From Octopus sinensis (Eukaryota): a stretch of 64,000 nucleotides of DNA. The stretch is from positions 21,328,001-21,392,000 of the forward strand of contig NC_043005.1 in NCBI RefSeq assembly GCF_006345805.1, in the 5' to 3' direction. The notes beneath the pieces were generated by a model, which was not told the DNA's origin, did not search any database, and was given only the letters and a program-made list of their open reading frames with translations. Each line of letters starts with the position of its first letter. The first letter of the stretch is position 1. The translations under genes and the position numbers were made by a program. Of the stretch, positions 61,035 through 64,000 are shown one piece after another.

Positions 61035-61205
61035 ATTTCCAAAAAATTGATTGTGGACCTCCAAAAGACGTTGCTGGTGCTGTGAAAGTCTACAGATCCA
61101 CCACCTTTAAATCTTTAGTGACATATAATTGTCCAAGTGGAGGAGTATTTAAGTCAATGTGTGAAAAGGACAAAATATGGACTCCAGTACCTCCTACATG
61201 TGAAG
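61035..61205 (+). CDS. Exon S14: compact sushi/CCP-like module
   Basis: tttAG|..G|GTaatg, 171 nt. FQKIDCGPPKDVAGAVKVYRSTTFKSLVTYNCPSGGVFKSMCEKDKIWTPVPPTCE. Confidence 0.9.
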
Positions 61206-62544
61206 GTAATGTAAATAGCTTCCCTTTTGTTGTCACTGTCCAGGCAATATTTTTAATGTATGTGTTAAGTATCTTTGTCAGAGGAAGTCTGGCTGATATC
61301 ATGACAATTTCCTCAATGTTTATGACTGGTGAAAGGGAGACGAATCTAGCTTCATACCACAGTCCTCCCCAAATGCTTGGACATCATTAAGGGCTAGGTA
61401 TTAAATTGGGTGAAGGATTAAATCTGTCAACCAATTAGGGGAAATATGGATGCTTTTTCTAGAATGGTACTGTATTTTACCAATCTCTGAATGGTTAAAA
61501 GGCAATGTTGACCTTTGCTGGATTTGAATTCAGAACAAAGATTCTGAATACATAATGCAAAGGATTTCTTCCAAAATTCTAATGATTCTCTAAGTCAACA
61601 ATCCTTAATTATAAAAATAAAAATAAATCATTTCTTATATTTGCCACCAGAGCAGCAGATAATGTTGATGATACATAGGCAGACATATTTTGTGGTAGAT
61701 TACAATCAGATGAATAAAAAGAAAAGTATAAGAGAACATGGTACATCTTTAAAAATGATGCTGCCAATGACAATGCAGTCCTGCTTGTATAGGAATATTT
61801 CTATATTGGTCCTACCAAAAGACTCTATGATCCACAATCACAGAGAACTCTGAATGGATATGTCCTCACTAATTGTCATTCTCTGACCTACAGATTTGTA
61901 CCATCAAATCTTGCAAATTTTGCCACTTTCACCTAACTTTCCATGAATTCACCCAAGGACAGTACCTCCCTCTCCACCCTCACTTCCATTTACAAGTGGA
62001 GCTTGACAAAACAAAGAGTTGTCAACCAAACATGAACTTTTTAATCTTTGTACCTTCCAGTTTTATCCACCTCAAACTTATTCTGTTATGGCTTCAAGAA
62101 TATAACATCCTTAATACAAGTATTATGATATAATGTACACATATAGTTTTTAAGGTGGTTGATAAATGAGCAGTGAGATCACAGTGTTGAGAGGATACTT
62201 TATTGTCCAGAATATGATAACAATCTGTGTAATGCTGGTGCCATGAAGAAATACACCTTGGACACTCTGTAAAGTAGTTGGTGTTAGGAAGGGTATCCAG
62301 ACAAGAAACCATGCCAAATAAAACATACAGGTGAGAAGTGGTCTCCAACTCTGTCTCTGGTTTGAAGGGCATAACTTTACAATGCTTGGAGTTTCTACCA
62401 ATCGCAGTAGAGCACCATTGACATGCATAATGATATGGATATTCCCGGCTGGAAAAAATGTAATGATATGGATAATCTTGAATGTATGTTTTTATTTTTG
62501 TCTGTTTATTACTAGGCACAGTTTTAACTTTGTCATACTGTTTA

Positions 62545-63800
62545 CACCAATATCATGGAATGTTACCAAATGAGGTTTATTTTTCAACATAGACCCCCTT
62601 GCAGTCTACACACATCTTCAATCAGTGTTGCAGTGCTTGGATTCTATTGCTGAAGAAGCTTTCATCCTGTTGGTCAAAAATGTCATCAACAGCAGATGTG
62701 GCATTATCATCACTGTGATATTGGTTCCCAGCCAAGTGTTTTTTCATGTTGGGGAACAAATGGGGGGGGGGGGGAATCAGGAGAATAGGGAAGGTGATCA
62801 AACTGTTCAAAGTTACAGTCACATACAGCAGCCATTGAAAGCAAGGAGTTGTGTGCAGGAGTATTGTTGTGATAAAACAAGATGCTGTTCACCAGTTTTT
62901 CCATTTGTTTGATCTTGATGGATTCTTGTAACTTTTTCAGTAAGTTGACATAGTACTTGCCAAGATGGTGTGGTCCTTTTGAAAATAATCAATAAACACA
63001 ATGCTATTTGCATCCCAAAGAACTGAAGCTGTTACATTCCATGCATATGAAATGTCTTTGGCCTTCTTTGGAGCAGGTGAGAAGGGATGTTTCCATTGCA
63101 TAGATTGTCCCTCTGTTTCTGGTTCAGAGTGATAAAGCCAACACTCATCCTGAATTAGAAAACATTCAGAGAGACAATTGGATCTGCTTCAAACAATGTC
63201 AGATTTTTCCATGATGTGATTACTCTGGTATACTTTTAATCAGGCGTCAGAAGACATGATACCCATCAAGCAGAAACCTTCATCACACCATGTTCATTGC
63301 ATAGAGTAAACTCAACTCTCTTCTGTGATATACTAATAACATTGGCTATTTGATTTATAGTCAGTCTCCTATCATCCATAAGCATGTGGTGAACACAATC
63401 AATGTTTTCTTTGATAGTCAGAGTTGCTGAACATCCAGACTTTGGGTTGTCTTCAAGACTCTCTTACCCCTCCCAAATTCAGCTGCCCATTTTGCACTGT
63501 TGATAAAGCTGGAGTGTCATCCCTTAATGTAGCAAACATGTCAGTATGAATGTCTTTGTGGGCTAAACCCTTTTTATGCAGGTACTTAATAATAGCATGA
63601 TGCCAAATTTTATTAATTTTGAACAGAAGTTGCTACTTGCTACTTTTGAAGTCTACTTTGAACAGTCAGATATAAGTTTACCTGGAAGGAAACACTGCAG
63701 TTATTAATAAGGAGAGTTGAAATTAGTTGAAATTTCACAGCTGTAGCATCAATTCTTCATAGTCAGCGCATGAACTTTTCAACCCACCCTTGTTTGTTTG
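62545..63800 (-). mobile_element. Mariner transposon, near full length, decayed
   Basis: Remnants HNNTPAHNS..DHLPYSPD and HLFPNMKKHLAG..FFSNRIQALQH. TIR-like gaacttttcaacccaccct near 63775. Confidence 0.8.
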
Positions 63801-64000
63801 TTTGTATGTATGTAGGTAGGTAGGCTATGGTGCACAAGTACCTGTTACATTAGACTGGACACCTTATTAGATGAAGGCTAGCAGGATCCCTAAACAGATG
63901 CTATATAGGGAACTGTGATTTAAAGACTGTGTCAAGTCCTCATTAAAGGTTTGTGATATGCAGGAGACTGACTGGGAGAGCAATGCCTGTCATCACCACA

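Larger units (their letters stand above)
1260..61205 (+). other. Partial multi-exon gene model (14 internal exons) encoding a large extracellular modular protein with repeated [sushi/CCP-PAN-PAN] units; both termini lie outside the window
   Basis: Exons read by hand: 1260-1430, 8984-9154, 11578-11817, 18509-18742, 21350-21520, 25747-25983, 31712-31945, 33578-33748, 39485-39724, 43212-43445, 49997-50167, 53062-53301, 58653-58886, 61035-61205. All have a polypyrimidine-AG acceptor and a GT donor, and all lengths are multiples of 3 (phase 1-1). Joined 2919 nt is stop-free. Invariant Cys spacing and several N-x-S/T sequons suggest a secreted or cell-surface protein. Confidence 0.9.

Noticed and set aside
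1260-61205. A tandem cluster of separate small S-A-B genes
   Set aside because: No start, signal-peptide or stop-containing exon was found between cassettes, and all donors and acceptors are phase-compatible. It cannot be fully excluded without transcripts.
1902-63800. Active, intact transposase or reverse-transcriptase genes
   Set aside because: Every mariner/maT, PLE, RTE, L1 and Helitron coding remnant has stops or frameshifts.

Overview
AT-rich, microsatellite- and transposon-dense eukaryotic DNA. The SINE families, RTE tails and (TA)n/(CA)n tracts point to a coleoid cephalopod, most likely Octopus (inference, not a database result). The whole window lies inside one + strand gene, represented here by 14 short exons. 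They encode an array of compact sushi/CCP-like modules (S) and two classes of PAN/apple-like modules (A, B) in the order S-S-A-B-S-A-B-S-A-B-S-A-B-S. Every exon is flanked by AG/GT and is phase 1-1. Joined, they give 2919 nt (973 codons) with no stop. No start, signal-peptide or terminal exon is visible. Intron sequence and old TE relics recur unit by unit, so the array grew by tandem duplication of 11-16 kb genomic cassettes, with signs of a two-cassette higher-order step. The introns hold three Penelope-like retroelements whose terminal repeats carry hammerhead-ribozyme-like motifs, including a U3-A8 core variant whose predicted cleavage site matches an element boundary exactly. They also hold many decayed RTE, L1/Tx1, Tc1/mariner, Helitron, SINE and MITE fragments. 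No rRNA, true tRNA or CRISPR was found. TE boundaries are approximate unless stated otherwise.
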